Source: an uncultured Acidimicrobiia bacterium (GTDB lineage Bacteria; Acidobacteriota; Terriglobia; Versatilivoradales; Versatilivoraceae). Taken from it: 64,000 nt of DNA. Of the stretch, positions 10,206-18,644 are shown in pieces (within the stretch, counting starts at the first letter, position 1; each line of letters starts with the position of its first letter). Under the pieces are notes generated by a model that was not told where the DNA came from, made no database searches, and worked only from the letters and a program-made list of their open reading frames with translations. Location: positions 224,001 to 288,000 of the forward strand of contig CAWBAT010000004.1 of assembly GCA_963786955.1 (NCBI GenBank). The letters run 5' to 3'. The translations under genes were made by a program, and so were the position numbers.

Positions 10206-11759
10206 ATGCGGTGTTTTAAATGCGGTGAGGAACAGACAGAAGGGAATGTCTTTTGTACGAAATGCGGTATTCGTATGACCGGCCCGCAGTTCCCTGTGAC
10301 CAGCTCAGAAGAAGCCCCTCTGGCGCCGGTTACTGTCTCGCCCACAGCAAACGAAGAGGAACAGCGGATCCTGAAGGAGCTGAAAGAAGCGCTTAAAGGC
10401 GTGGAGGGACAAAAGGAAACGCTCCCACCCCCTGCGACGATATTTAGTGGTTCCAAGAAGAAAACCTGGCTGGCCGGAGGGGTTTTTCTCTTTGTTCTCG
10501 TTGCCGGAATCAATCTGCTGCTAATCGTTAAGAATCGTGAGACTCCGGCCCCGGCGACTTCACCCTCTTCATCTACTTCGCCCGAGCAGACAGCCCCGGT
10601 TCCGAATGCAGCCCCTACGGTAGATGAATCGACGCGGATGACTATCGGGAAAATGGCGGCAATCTTGGAAGCAATCTCCATTTTCACCAATGGCAAAAAA
10701 GGTCTTCCTCCCACTTTGATTGCCGTCAATCGTGCTTATGCTGATCCGGACATCTTACGGGACGGCTGGGGGCAAGGCTTTATTTACCTGGTTGATCTTA
10801 CCAATAAGACGTTTGTCCTCAGTTCCGCTGGCCCTGATGGCAAGAGAGGCACTCAAGATGATCTTTCTGTCATCAGTGAGGAAGCTGCAAACTGGCTTAG
10901 GCTCAATGAACTCGTCATTGGAGAATGGAGATCCGTCAACCCCAATCTGTATGCCCAGCTGGCAAACACCGGCCCGACTCCCGTCGAAGTTAAGAAACCA
11001 GATGTTGCGGGGAAACAGGAGCTAGAGAAAAAACGGGCAGCTGAAGCCAAAATTCAAGCTGAAGCGGAGCAGGAGCGTAAACGTCTCGCGGCAGCCCACC
11101 TTGAAGAAGAAAAGAAACAGTTGGAAGCAAGAAAACGCGAAGAAGAACTGCGACAAGCCAAGGCGAGAGAAGAGGCTCTGCGAGAACAACAGGCAGCCCA
11201 AAAGCCTGACCAGGTTAAAGATGATTTCTCAGAAGGCCTTGCGCAATGGGATGCTCCTCCAACCTGGGAAATTACTAAGGAAAAAGACGCGTCTGGTTTG
11301 AAGGTTCAGGGATTGGGCTTCCTGAAGAAAGGCGAGAAGTGGGACAACTATAAAGTTGAATTTGACATTAAGGTCATCAAAGAATCGGCAGGCTGGGTAA
11401 TTCGGGCGAAGAATTCAAATAGCTTCTATCTCTTTAAGCTTTCTTCGGACAAGGCTAAGGCGGTTCCCAAGAATAGTCTGATCCGGTACATCCGGTCCGA
11501 TGACAAGTATCTCAGCTCACTGAAGTTGGAAGATGCTCCAGGAGCCGCCGCTGTCACCCCCCTTCCTTTCAAGGTAAAGAACAAGGAATACTATAAAGTC
11601 ACTGTCACCTTGCGTGGCAATACGATCACGCATTCTATTGATGGGACCCAAGTCGATGCCTGGTCAGATGACACCTTTAACCATGGCCGTTTCGGGTTCA
11701 ATGCCAGCGTCATTGAAGCAGCCACGATCCGAAATTTTCTGGTAGAGCCTCTGCGGTAA
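10206..11759 (+). CDS. Membrane-anchored multidomain protein: Zn ribbon, TM, GspG-like domain, coiled coil, C-terminal beta-sandwich (DUF1080-like)
   Basis: CFKC...CTKC; hydrophobic WLAGGVFLFVLVAGINLLLIV; RDGWGQGFIY...LSSAGPDGKRGTQDD; E/K/Q/A-rich helix; WDNYKVEFDIK...GRFGF...IRNFLV. Confidence 0.65.
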   Translation: MRCFKCGEEQTEGNVFCTKCGIRMTGPQFPVTSSEEAPLAPVTVSPTANEEEQRILKELKEALKGVEGQKETLPPPATIFSGSKKKTWLAGGVFLFVLVAGINLLLIVKNRETPAPATSPSSSTSPEQTAPVPNAAPTVDESTRMTIGKMAAILEAISIFTNGKKGLPPTLIAVNRAYADPDILRDGWGQGFIYLVDLTNKTFVLSSAGPDGKRGTQDDLSVISEEAANWLRLNELVIGEWRSVNPNLYAQLANTGPTPVEVKKPDVAGKQELEKKRAAEAKIQAEAEQERKRLAAAHLEEEKKQLEARKREEELRQAKAREEALREQQAAQKPDQVKDDFSEGLAQWDAPPTWEITKEKDASGLKVQGLGFLKKGEKWDNYKVEFDIKVIKESAGWVIRAKNSNSFYLFKLSSDKAKAVPKNSLIRYIRSDDKYLSSLKLEDAPGAAAVTPLPFKVKNKEYYKVTVTLRGNTITHSIDGTQVDAWSDDTFNHGRFGFNASVIEAATIRNFLVEPLR

Positions 11760-11844
11760 CAAAAACGCCTGGGCATCGAATCGCTTATACCAGCGTATCC
11801 TCGCTGGAGCCATGCAGAAAAAATTCGCTGGTCTGGCCACCCTC

Positions 11845-13287
11845 TCATGCCTGCATTTCGCCAACCCGGTGAATTTTGATCATATTAGTCGCCCCGCTGA
11901 CCTGCAACACACCGGCCACAATGACAATCGTCTCTTCTGGCTCGGCAAGCCCCCTGGCAAGCAAAATCTTCTCAGCCGTCTGAATCATGGCGGCGGGATT
12001 AGAAACATGGTCCATCCTCACGGGCACAACTCCGCACAACAAGCTCATCCGCCGGTACACATCTGGGTGGGGAGTAAAGGCTAAAATCATCTGATCAGGT
12101 CTCAAGCTAGCCAGGATGCTGGCTGTTGAGCCCGACTCCGTGAAGACCAGAATCTTTTTTACTCCAAGCTGATTGGCCGCAATCATCGCGGCATGGCAAG
12201 CGCTGTGAGAAAATGTGGGAAGAAAATTGAATGACCTGCGCCTTTCATCGTAACGGATAAATGGCTTAGAGGAATCTTCTGTATAGCAAGCAATGCGGTT
12301 CATGGTTTGAACCGACTCTACTGGAAATTGCCCCGTGGCAGTTTCCGCGGAGAGCATCACCGCATCCGTTCCGTCCAGGATCGCGTTCGCCACGTCGGAA
12401 GCCTCAGCTCGTGTGGGCCTGGGGGAGTGAGTCATCGATTCCAACATTTGCGTGGCCGTAATCACCGGTTTGGCAACTTTCAAGCAAGCCGCAATGAGAG
12501 TTTTTTGCAACATCGGTACTCGCTCCGTTGCCACTTCAACACCCAGATCCCCCCGGGCCACCATGATCCCGTCAGCGACAGTCAGAATCTTGTCAATTTC
12601 ATCAAGAGCTTGCGGTTTTTCAATCTTGGCAATGATCGGGATCAATCGCGCGCGCGCGCTGAGATCCGTCATGGCCTCTTTCGCACGGAGAAGATCGGCG
12701 GCGGAACGTACAAAGGATAGAGCGAGATAATCCACCTCGTTCGCTAAAGCAAACCGGATATCCCGGACATCTTTTTCTGTGACGGCCGGGATGGACAAAG
12801 GGGAGTCAGGGAAATTCACCCCCTTATGGCTCTTCAGCGTCCCATCGAAAAGAACCTTGGTCGTAATATCAGCTTGCGTCGCAGATGTGACTTCCAACTC
12901 CACCATGCCATCATCAACCAGGATCCGATCCCCTGGCTTTACTTCTTGGGGCAGCAGTTTGTAGGAAATGGACGCCCTTTCCAAAGAACCCTCAACTTCA
13001 TCTGTCGTCAGGACAAATTTTTGACCGGCACGCACTGACACGGCCCTATCCCCTGACATGGCTCCCAGACGAATTTTGGGCCCTTGAAGATCGACGAGGA
13101 TTGCGGTCGGCAGGGAGAGTTCCGTTGAGATCTGCCGGATCGAGTGGATGGCCTTCGCGTGATCCGCCTGGTCCCCGTGTGACATATTCAGCCGAAATAC
13201 ATTGACTCCAGCCTCCATGAGTTCTCGCAACTTCCCATCGGAGCGGGATGCGGGTCCAACTGTGGCTACGATTTTCGTCTTACGCAT
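11845..13287 (-). CDS. pyk: Pyruvate kinase
   Basis: RKTKIVATVGPAS, RLNMSHG, DLQGPKIR, AKIE, MVARGDLGVE, ATQMLESM, PTRAE. Confidence 0.97.
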   Translation of the reverse strand: MRKTKIVATVGPASRSDGKLRELMEAGVNVFRLNMSHGDQADHAKAIHSIRQISTELSLPTAILVDLQGPKIRLGAMSGDRAVSVRAGQKFVLTTDEVEGSLERASISYKLLPQEVKPGDRILVDDGMVELEVTSATQADITTKVLFDGTLKSHKGVNFPDSPLSIPAVTEKDVRDIRFALANEVDYLALSFVRSAADLLRAKEAMTDLSARARLIPIIAKIEKPQALDEIDKILTVADGIMVARGDLGVEVATERVPMLQKTLIAACLKVAKPVITATQMLESMTHSPRPTRAEASDVANAILDGTDAVMLSAETATGQFPVESVQTMNRIACYTEDSSKPFIRYDERRRSFNFLPTFSHSACHAAMIAANQLGVKKILVFTESGSTASILASLRPDQMILAFTPHPDVYRRMSLLCGVVPVRMDHVSNPAAMIQTAEKILLARGLAEPEETIVIVAGVLQVSGATNMIKIHRVGEMQA

Positions 13288-13313
13288 AAACGGAGCTCAT
13301 CGCAAGTTTTCGA

Positions 13314-13342
13314 TTGACTCGGTCCTTCACGACTCCTACAAT
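13314..13342 (+). promoter_or_regulatory. sigma70-type promoter for carD
   Basis: TTGACT-N17-TACAAT about 60 nt upstream of the carD start. Confidence 0.65.
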
Positions 13343-13404
13343 GAAATTTGAAGTCGTAGTTTCTCCAATCCCTCTTTTGTCCTAGCCCCTTCAGCCTTCG
13401 TCCT

Positions 13405-13911
13405 ATGGAATTCACAATTGGTGAAAAAGTCATCTACCCCAATCACGGCGTTGGGGTCATCGAAAAAATCAATAGCCGAGAAGTATCCGGCCATCGAGAG
13501 TCTTTTTACCAGCTAAAAATGGTGGCTAACAGCATGATGGTCATGATCCCTATATCCAACGTGAGTGATGTGGGCTTGCGTAAGCTGATCAAGAAAGAAG
13601 CAGTGAACGAGGTCTTAGATCATCTCAAAAGCACGGGCATCCGGGCCCATACCGATTGGAAGAACCGATACAAAGAGAACAGCGACAAAATGCGAACCGG
13701 CAGTATTTTCGACGTGGCTGACGTTTTCAAAAGTCTCTATTCCTTGAGCCACGAGCGTGTTCTCTCCTTCCGAGAAAAGAAAATGCTGGATCGAGCTCGT
13801 TATCTAGTCATCAGCGAACTGTCAACGGTTTGGAACCTGCCCGAGCTTAAAGTTCAGGAGATGGTCGAACACACCTTGGATGAGAAAGTAATCCGAAAAG
13901 CCCACGCCTGA
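13405..13911 (+). CDS. carD: CarD family transcriptional regulator
   Basis: FTIGEKVIYPNHGVGVI, GLRKLI, WKNRYKEN with conserved Trp, LSFREKKML. Confidence 0.9.
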   Translation: MEFTIGEKVIYPNHGVGVIEKINSREVSGHRESFYQLKMVANSMMVMIPISNVSDVGLRKLIKKEAVNEVLDHLKSTGIRAHTDWKNRYKENSDKMRTGSIFDVADVFKSLYSLSHERVLSFREKKMLDRARYLVISELSTVWNLPELKVQEMVEHTLDEKVIRKAHA

Positions 13912-13956
13912 TTCGCTTGCCTTCCCCCATCCGGTCAGCAGGAACAACTGGACACC

Positions 13957-14484
13957 TCAAGTTTCCAGTTCGACATTCCAATAGAGGTAATCACGCCAGC
14001 TTTCAGGAGCATTCTTAAAGACGAGGGTAAGACTGAGACTGGGAACCCATTGGGGCTCGATGGGCCTGCGGATGAGCGTCATGCCGGCTTCTCGAGGCGT
14101 TTGCCCTCCCTTTCGGCGGTTGCAATCAATGCAGGCTGTCACGATGTTCTCCCAGTTCTTGGTCCCATTTCGGGACACGGGAATGACATGGTCGAAGGTA
14201 AGCTCTTCACTGCGAAACGGGGTGTTGCAGTACTGGCAGGTGTAGCTGTCTCGCGCATAGATATTGGCCCGAGAAAACTTCACAATCTTACTTTTTTTGA
14301 CTCTTACGTATTTCAGTAGACGTAGGATTGACGGAAGTTTGATGGCAAAAGTCACACTGTGGATTTCATGAGTGTACTCCTCGATGACTTCCACTTTGCC
14401 CGCAAAAAGCAATGTAATGGCTCGTTGCCAGCCTATGATTTTGAGAGGCTCGTAAGATGCGTTTAATAAGAGAGTCGCTTCCAT
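13957..14484 (-). CDS. HNH endonuclease (McrA/HNH_5-like, Zn-binding)
   Basis: LLLNASYEPL N-terminus; RDSYTCQYC...DHVIP...WENIVTACIDCNRRKG. Confidence 0.9.
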   Translation of the reverse strand: MEATLLLNASYEPLKIIGWQRAITLLFAGKVEVIEEYTHEIHSVTFAIKLPSILRLLKYVRVKKSKIVKFSRANIYARDSYTCQYCNTPFRSEELTFDHVIPVSRNGTKNWENIVTACIDCNRRKGGQTPREAGMTLIRRPIEPQWVPSLSLTLVFKNAPESWRDYLYWNVELET

Positions 14485-14610
14485 ATTGAAGACCCGCCTG
14501 CTACCATTTCTTTCCTGTCCAATCCAGTTCTATCCCACTGACTCTTCTTGGCTGAGGATTCATAAGCCGCTTCTAGCCTTACCCTCTAATTACTGAGAAC
14601 TTTCACCTCC

Positions 14611-14657
14611 AAAAACGAAAAAACCGACTTTGCCCAATCGGGTCGGCAAGTCGGTTT
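14611..14657 (-). terminator. Intrinsic terminator (attenuator) in the HNH leader
   Basis: Minus strand AAACCGACTTGCC-gacccgattg-GGCAAAGTCGGTTT, with the U-run continuing TTTCGTTTTT; lies between promoter and HNH start. Confidence 0.75.
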
Positions 14658-14693
14658 CTGTTGGAAGCGCGTTCGAATGGGTTCGTTTTCGCG

Positions 14694-14762
14694 TCATATC
14701 CAAACATCACGTTGCTTACCCCAGGCAATTTTGGGTATTTGAGAAGGATGAACGCTGTTCAT
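14694..14762 (-). CDS. Putative leader peptide MNSVHPSQIPKIAWGKQRDVWI (22 aa)
   Basis: ATG 14762 preceded by AGGGAG SD; TGA at 14696-14694; lies between the promoter and the terminator. Confidence 0.55.
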   Translation of the reverse strand: MNSVHPSQIPKIAWGKQRDVWI

Positions 14763-14815
14763 CAGGACAGTCTCCCTAAGCTCACGACACAGAAGCTAAA
14801 TCATGGTCCACTGCA

Positions 14816-14843
14816 ATTATCTCTAATCCGTTTTCTTTGTCAA
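14816..14843 (-). promoter_or_regulatory. sigma70-type promoter driving leader/HNH
   Basis: Minus strand TTGACA-N16-GATAAT. Confidence 0.6.
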
Positions 14844-14945
14844 GGCTGATTCCGATTGTTGGCCCCACAAAAGGGCCGACATACTTGTGGCCCTAGTTCC
14901 AACTGATTCAATCGCCATACAAGTTGTTACATATCCGGCTCGGGC

Positions 14946-15117
14946 TCCCTCAAGTCTCTCGTTGTGAAGCAGGTCTTTACCATAGGTCGGCCTACTGGAC
15001 ACAGAAGGGGAGCTAACTACAGTCCCCGAAGGGAACTCACCTGCGATTACCTCCACCCCCTGTGTCCAGTAAGAAATGTGGGACATGCTCAGTTGAACAA
15101 GGGGAAACTTCAGGGGA
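14946..15117 (-). ncRNA. Rod-shaped structured RNA, 6S-like architecture
   Basis: Closing stem TCCC..AAGTTTC/GAGACTT..GGGA, then AGCATGTC/GACCTGCT, a central bubble, a 12-bp perfect stem TACTGGACACAG/CTGTGTCCAGTA extended by G-U pairs, and a terminal cUUCGg loop; G-U pairs and UUCG favour the minus strand. Confidence 0.55.
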
Positions 15118-15219
15118 TGAAGAATTAGTAGCAAACAACAACTAATGGGTCTTTATTGATATCACTTTCTTCAAACGGCCACGATCACAGGCAGAAAATC
15201 CCCCGAATTGAGATTGTCA

Positions 15220-15249
15220 TTGACACTCCCCACACCTTCCCCTTATCTT
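15220..15249 (+). promoter_or_regulatory. sigma70-type promoter of tRNA-Val
   Basis: TTGACA-N18-TATCTT followed by a GC-rich stretch just before the tRNA. Confidence 0.55.
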
Positions 15250-15259
15250 ACGCCCCAAT

Positions 15260-15336
15260 GGGCGCGTAGCTCAGTTGGTACGAGCGCTACCTTGACACGG
15301 TAGAGGTCATCGGTTCGATCCCGGTCGCGCCCACCA
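15260..15336 (+). tRNA. tRNA-Val(GAC)
   Basis: Acceptor GGGCGCG/CGCGCCC, D-arm TAGCTCAGTTGGTACGAGC, anticodon arm CTACC-TTGACAC-GGTAG, T-loop GGTTCGATCC, encoded CCA. Confidence 0.97.
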
Positions 15337-15560
15337 TCCGTAAATTTCAACGTTAGTCACTCCCCTGTCCGCCTGAGCCCTTCCTCGGGGAACTTCACGT
15401 TTTTTGCCAGCCTGCCCGAACTAATTTCTGATATCCTTTTCGAGTAAGCGAAAACGTTTGGAACACGTCATCAGCGAGCTTTTTTTCTTCAAGTTGGCGA
15501 TCCCAATACCTTCCTCTGACAGGTGATAGGTGAGTTGATGGATTTCGGGTATTGAATCAA

Positions 15561-16397
15561 ATGGCAACGTGGATTGACGCTCACACCCATGTTTGGAGGG
15601 CCGTTCCCGATTACTCTCCAGCTAATCGGACAATCGTGAGCCCCGCCTCCGAAGTCCCGGTGGAGCTGCTCATCGAGTATATGGACGAATACGATGTCGG
15701 GCGCGCGGTCCTGGTGCAGCCGATCTTTCCGGGAGAGGATAACAGCTATGTGGCGGACTGTGCCCAGGCACACCCGGAACGATTCTGTGCGGTCTGCGTC
15801 GTGGACCCTCGAAATCAAGACTTCGAAAGGCGCCTGAGTTACTGGGTCAAAGAACGAGGTTGTAGCGGCCTACGATTCCGCCCCAAGATTAGGGAGGAAG
15901 AGGCTCCATTCCACAATCCCTCCTTCGCAAGGCTATGGGAAGACATTGCCGCTCTGAAGATAACGGTCAATATCCTCATGGAGCCCGAACAGTTGGGCCT
16001 TCTGGGGAACTGGTTGGAGCAATTCCCGCAAGTACCAGTGTTGATTGATCACCTGGGTTATCCCAATGTGCGCCTCGGCTTGAAAGCGGAAAGTTTTCAG
16101 ACTCTGCAGCAGTTGTCACGCTTCCCCAACCTGTACATGAAAGCCTCCGGCTATTACTACTTCTCTCAAGAGCGTTACCCTTATTCAGATTGTTGGGAGC
16201 TGTTCCGGGCGATCTACGACCAGTGGGGGCCGGAGCGACTCGTCTGGGGAAGTGATTTCCCTCATGTGCTTCTTAAGACTGGATACCACCGGGCGTTGCT
16301 CTTTCAGGAACGGTTTTACAAGTTTCTAAGCCCGCGCGATCTAGACCTTATCATGGCCCAGAATGCTCTCAAACTCTATTGGAAGAACAACGAATGA
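15561..16397 (+). CDS. Amidohydrolase_2 family protein (lactonase/decarboxylase-like)
   Basis: IDAHTHVW, AVLVQP, IDHLG, WGSDFP; start 15561 (alternative TTG 15552). Confidence 0.85.
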   Translation: MATWIDAHTHVWRAVPDYSPANRTIVSPASEVPVELLIEYMDEYDVGRAVLVQPIFPGEDNSYVADCAQAHPERFCAVCVVDPRNQDFERRLSYWVKERGCSGLRFRPKIREEEAPFHNPSFARLWEDIAALKITVNILMEPEQLGLLGNWLEQFPQVPVLIDHLGYPNVRLGLKAESFQTLQQLSRFPNLYMKASGYYYFSQERYPYSDCWELFRAIYDQWGPERLVWGSDFPHVLLKTGYHRALLFQERFYKFLSPRDLDLIMAQNALKLYWKNNE

Positions 16398-17381
16398 AAA
16401 TCCTAATTCTCGGAACTGGAGGGGTGGGGGGCTATCTGGGAGCTCTATTCGCTCGAGCGGGGCATGAGCTGCTCTTTATCGACCGAGAACAGCGACATGT
16501 GGACGCCATCAATCGTTCTGGATTGAAGGTGAGCGGGCAAGAATCCTTTACCGTTGAGGTAAGAGCCACTACAAGGCCTGCGCAAGAGTTCTGGAGTTCT
16601 GCAGATCTTTTGATTCTGGCAACCAAGAACATCGATTCGCGTGAAGCCCTGGCTTCGATCGAAGAACTCGACGTGGGATGGGCCACTTCGATTCAGAATG
16701 GGCTGGATGTCCATGACGGGTTGATTGCTCGCTTCGGCAAAGAACGCGTTTTCGGAATGATCACCTTGATCAGTGGGAGCTTAAAAGGTCCAGGTGAAGT
16801 CATCGGTTTCTGGGGAGACCGTCCGACATTTCTGGGTGAACTGGATGGGCGGCAAAGCCCGCGGATAGAGAAGCTTGCCGGGCAACTTGCGGCCGCTGGG
16901 CTGAAGGTCATTGTTCCCGACCACATCGAATCGGTGCGATGGACCAAAATGGTCTGGTGGATTCCTCTGGTCGTGCTGCCCTCCATCACCCGCCTCACTT
17001 GGGGTGAAGCCTTTGTCCAGCCTGACCTGGCTGCTCTTTACACCCGAATCGAACGGGAGTGCGCGGAAGTAGCTACTGCCCTGGGGCATCCGGTGGAGAA
17101 TTATGACAGCATGCTAGTGTCTCGAAGGGTTGAGTCTTTCCTTCGACGAAGCCGTGTTAGACGTCTTGGAGATGGGACGAAAATTGATTGCTGAAGGGAC
17201 CGGAGGCAAGGAGGTCGCGATGTTTTTAGACCTCCAGAAGCGGCGGCGAACAGAGGCTGAAAGCACGATTGGGCTCATGGTCAAGAAAGCGCAGGAAGCC
17301 GGCATCCCCGTCCCTTACACGGAATGCGCCTGGCGTTTAATCCATTCCGTCGAATCGACGTTCTATAAGGAGGCCCTGTGA
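16394..17381 (+). pseudogene. Ketopantoate reductase family protein, split by a +1 frameshift at ~17127-17129 (possibly an assembly error)
   Basis: ILGTGGVGG Rossmann motif, LATK, SIQNG, LGELDG; C-terminus (AMFLDLQKRRRTEAE...AGIPVPY) continues in the +1 frame 17130-17381. Confidence 0.75.
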
Positions 17382-18464
17382 AGCTAGGGTTATTTATGAT
17401 GCCGGTGCATCCGCCGGAGAAGCCAAGGACGCAGTGTTTCGAAGAGGATATCGAGTTGATTGTTCGAGCCGAGGGCCTAGGCTTTACAGAAGCCTGGGTG
17501 GGTCAGCATCATACCCTGGCCTGGGAGCCTATTCCGTCCAATGATGTTTTTATCGCAAACGTGTTTCCCAGAACGAAGACCATACGACTCGGGACTGGTG
17601 TCTCCATCATCCCTCAACACCATCCGGCTAATGTGGCAATGCGCCTGGCGCTTCTAGATCATCTCTCGCGAGGACGATTGAATTGCGGTTTTGGTCAAGG
17701 TGGAGTTCCAACGGATCACGAGCTTTTCGGCCTGCCGGATCCCAAAACTCAAGGATTGATGACGCTTGAAGGCATCGACATGATCCTCAAGTTATGGCAG
17801 GCAGAAGCCCCCTTTGAATTCAAAGGCCAGTTCTGGACCCTCAAGATTAACCGTCCCAATTTGGAATTAGGTATGGGAACGCTCCTCAAGCCTTATCAGA
17901 AGCCCCATCCTCCCATCGCCATGAGCGTAATCAAAAGCAATTCCATGGCGGCGACCTTGGCGGGTCAGCGCGGTTATCTGCCGCTAAGTTCGAATCTCGT
18001 GCCGGCATCCACCGTAGTGGAGCATTGGAAAGGCTATTGCGCTGGTGCACAGGAAGCGGGACTGGCAGCGCCCCAGCGATCGGTATGGCGCGTCGCTCGA
18101 AGCATTTACGTCGGAGAGACAAACCAGGAAGCCCGCGAACACGCTCTCAACGGAACGTTCTCGAGGTCATTCGGTTACCTGTGTGCCCTGATGAAATCGG
18201 CGAACATGCTCCATCTGGTGAAGCATGACCTGGCCGTGACGGATGAAGAAGTGACTCCTGAATATATCCTCAAGCATCTCTGCATCGTAGGTGACGTGGA
18301 CAGCTGCATTCAGCAACTGCAGCAGCTTTGGCAGCAGACCGGGAGGTTTTGGCACGCTGTTGATGATTGCCCATGACTGGGACGACAAAGCCAAGTGGGT
18401 GCGATCGATGGAACGACTGACAAGGGAAGTGCTCCCCGCCTTGCCATCGACTTATGATGCATGA
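17378..18464 (+). pseudogene. LLM-class flavin-dependent oxidoreductase, +1 frameshift at ~18341-18343 (possibly an assembly error)
   Basis: MKLGLFMMPVHPP, EAWVGQHH, LDHLSRGR, KPYQKPHPP; removing one G restores GGFGTLLMIAHDWDDKAKWVRSMERLTREVLP ending TGA 18464. Confidence 0.8.
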
Positions 18465-18548
18465 AGATCCACGTGGCTTCTGCTTCCACCCACCCCAAGA
18501 GCGTAAAGGCCCCGCCCCTCCAGAGAGGGGAGTTTCAAAGGAGATTTA

Positions 18549-18632
18549 TTTGTCATTGTTCACTGTTCATTTCTCATTTTCCATTGAGAAACTTAGATAA
18601 AGGATGGGAAATGGAAATCGGACAATGACAAT
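18549..18632. repeat. Inverted arrays of degenerate heptamers
   Basis: TGTCATT-GTTCACT-GTTCATT-TCTCATT-TTCCATT followed by the complementary AATGGAA-ATCGGAC-AATGACA. Confidence 0.5.
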
Positions 18633-18644
18633 TAGGATAGACTC

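Noticed and set aside
13957-14484. HNH as a Cas9/IscB-type effector or intron homing endonuclease
   Set aside because: Only 175 aa, with no RuvC, PLMP or bridge helix; no CRISPR array or interrupted host gene
14946-15117. Possible tRNA-Sec or SRP RNA, given selB in the window
   Set aside because: No UCA anticodon arm, T-loop or CCA; no SRP domain IV motif recognised
14823-15134. 103-aa minus-strand ORF over the rod RNA
   Set aside because: No recognisable motif or SD; extensive base pairing and the UUCG loop are better explained by an RNA
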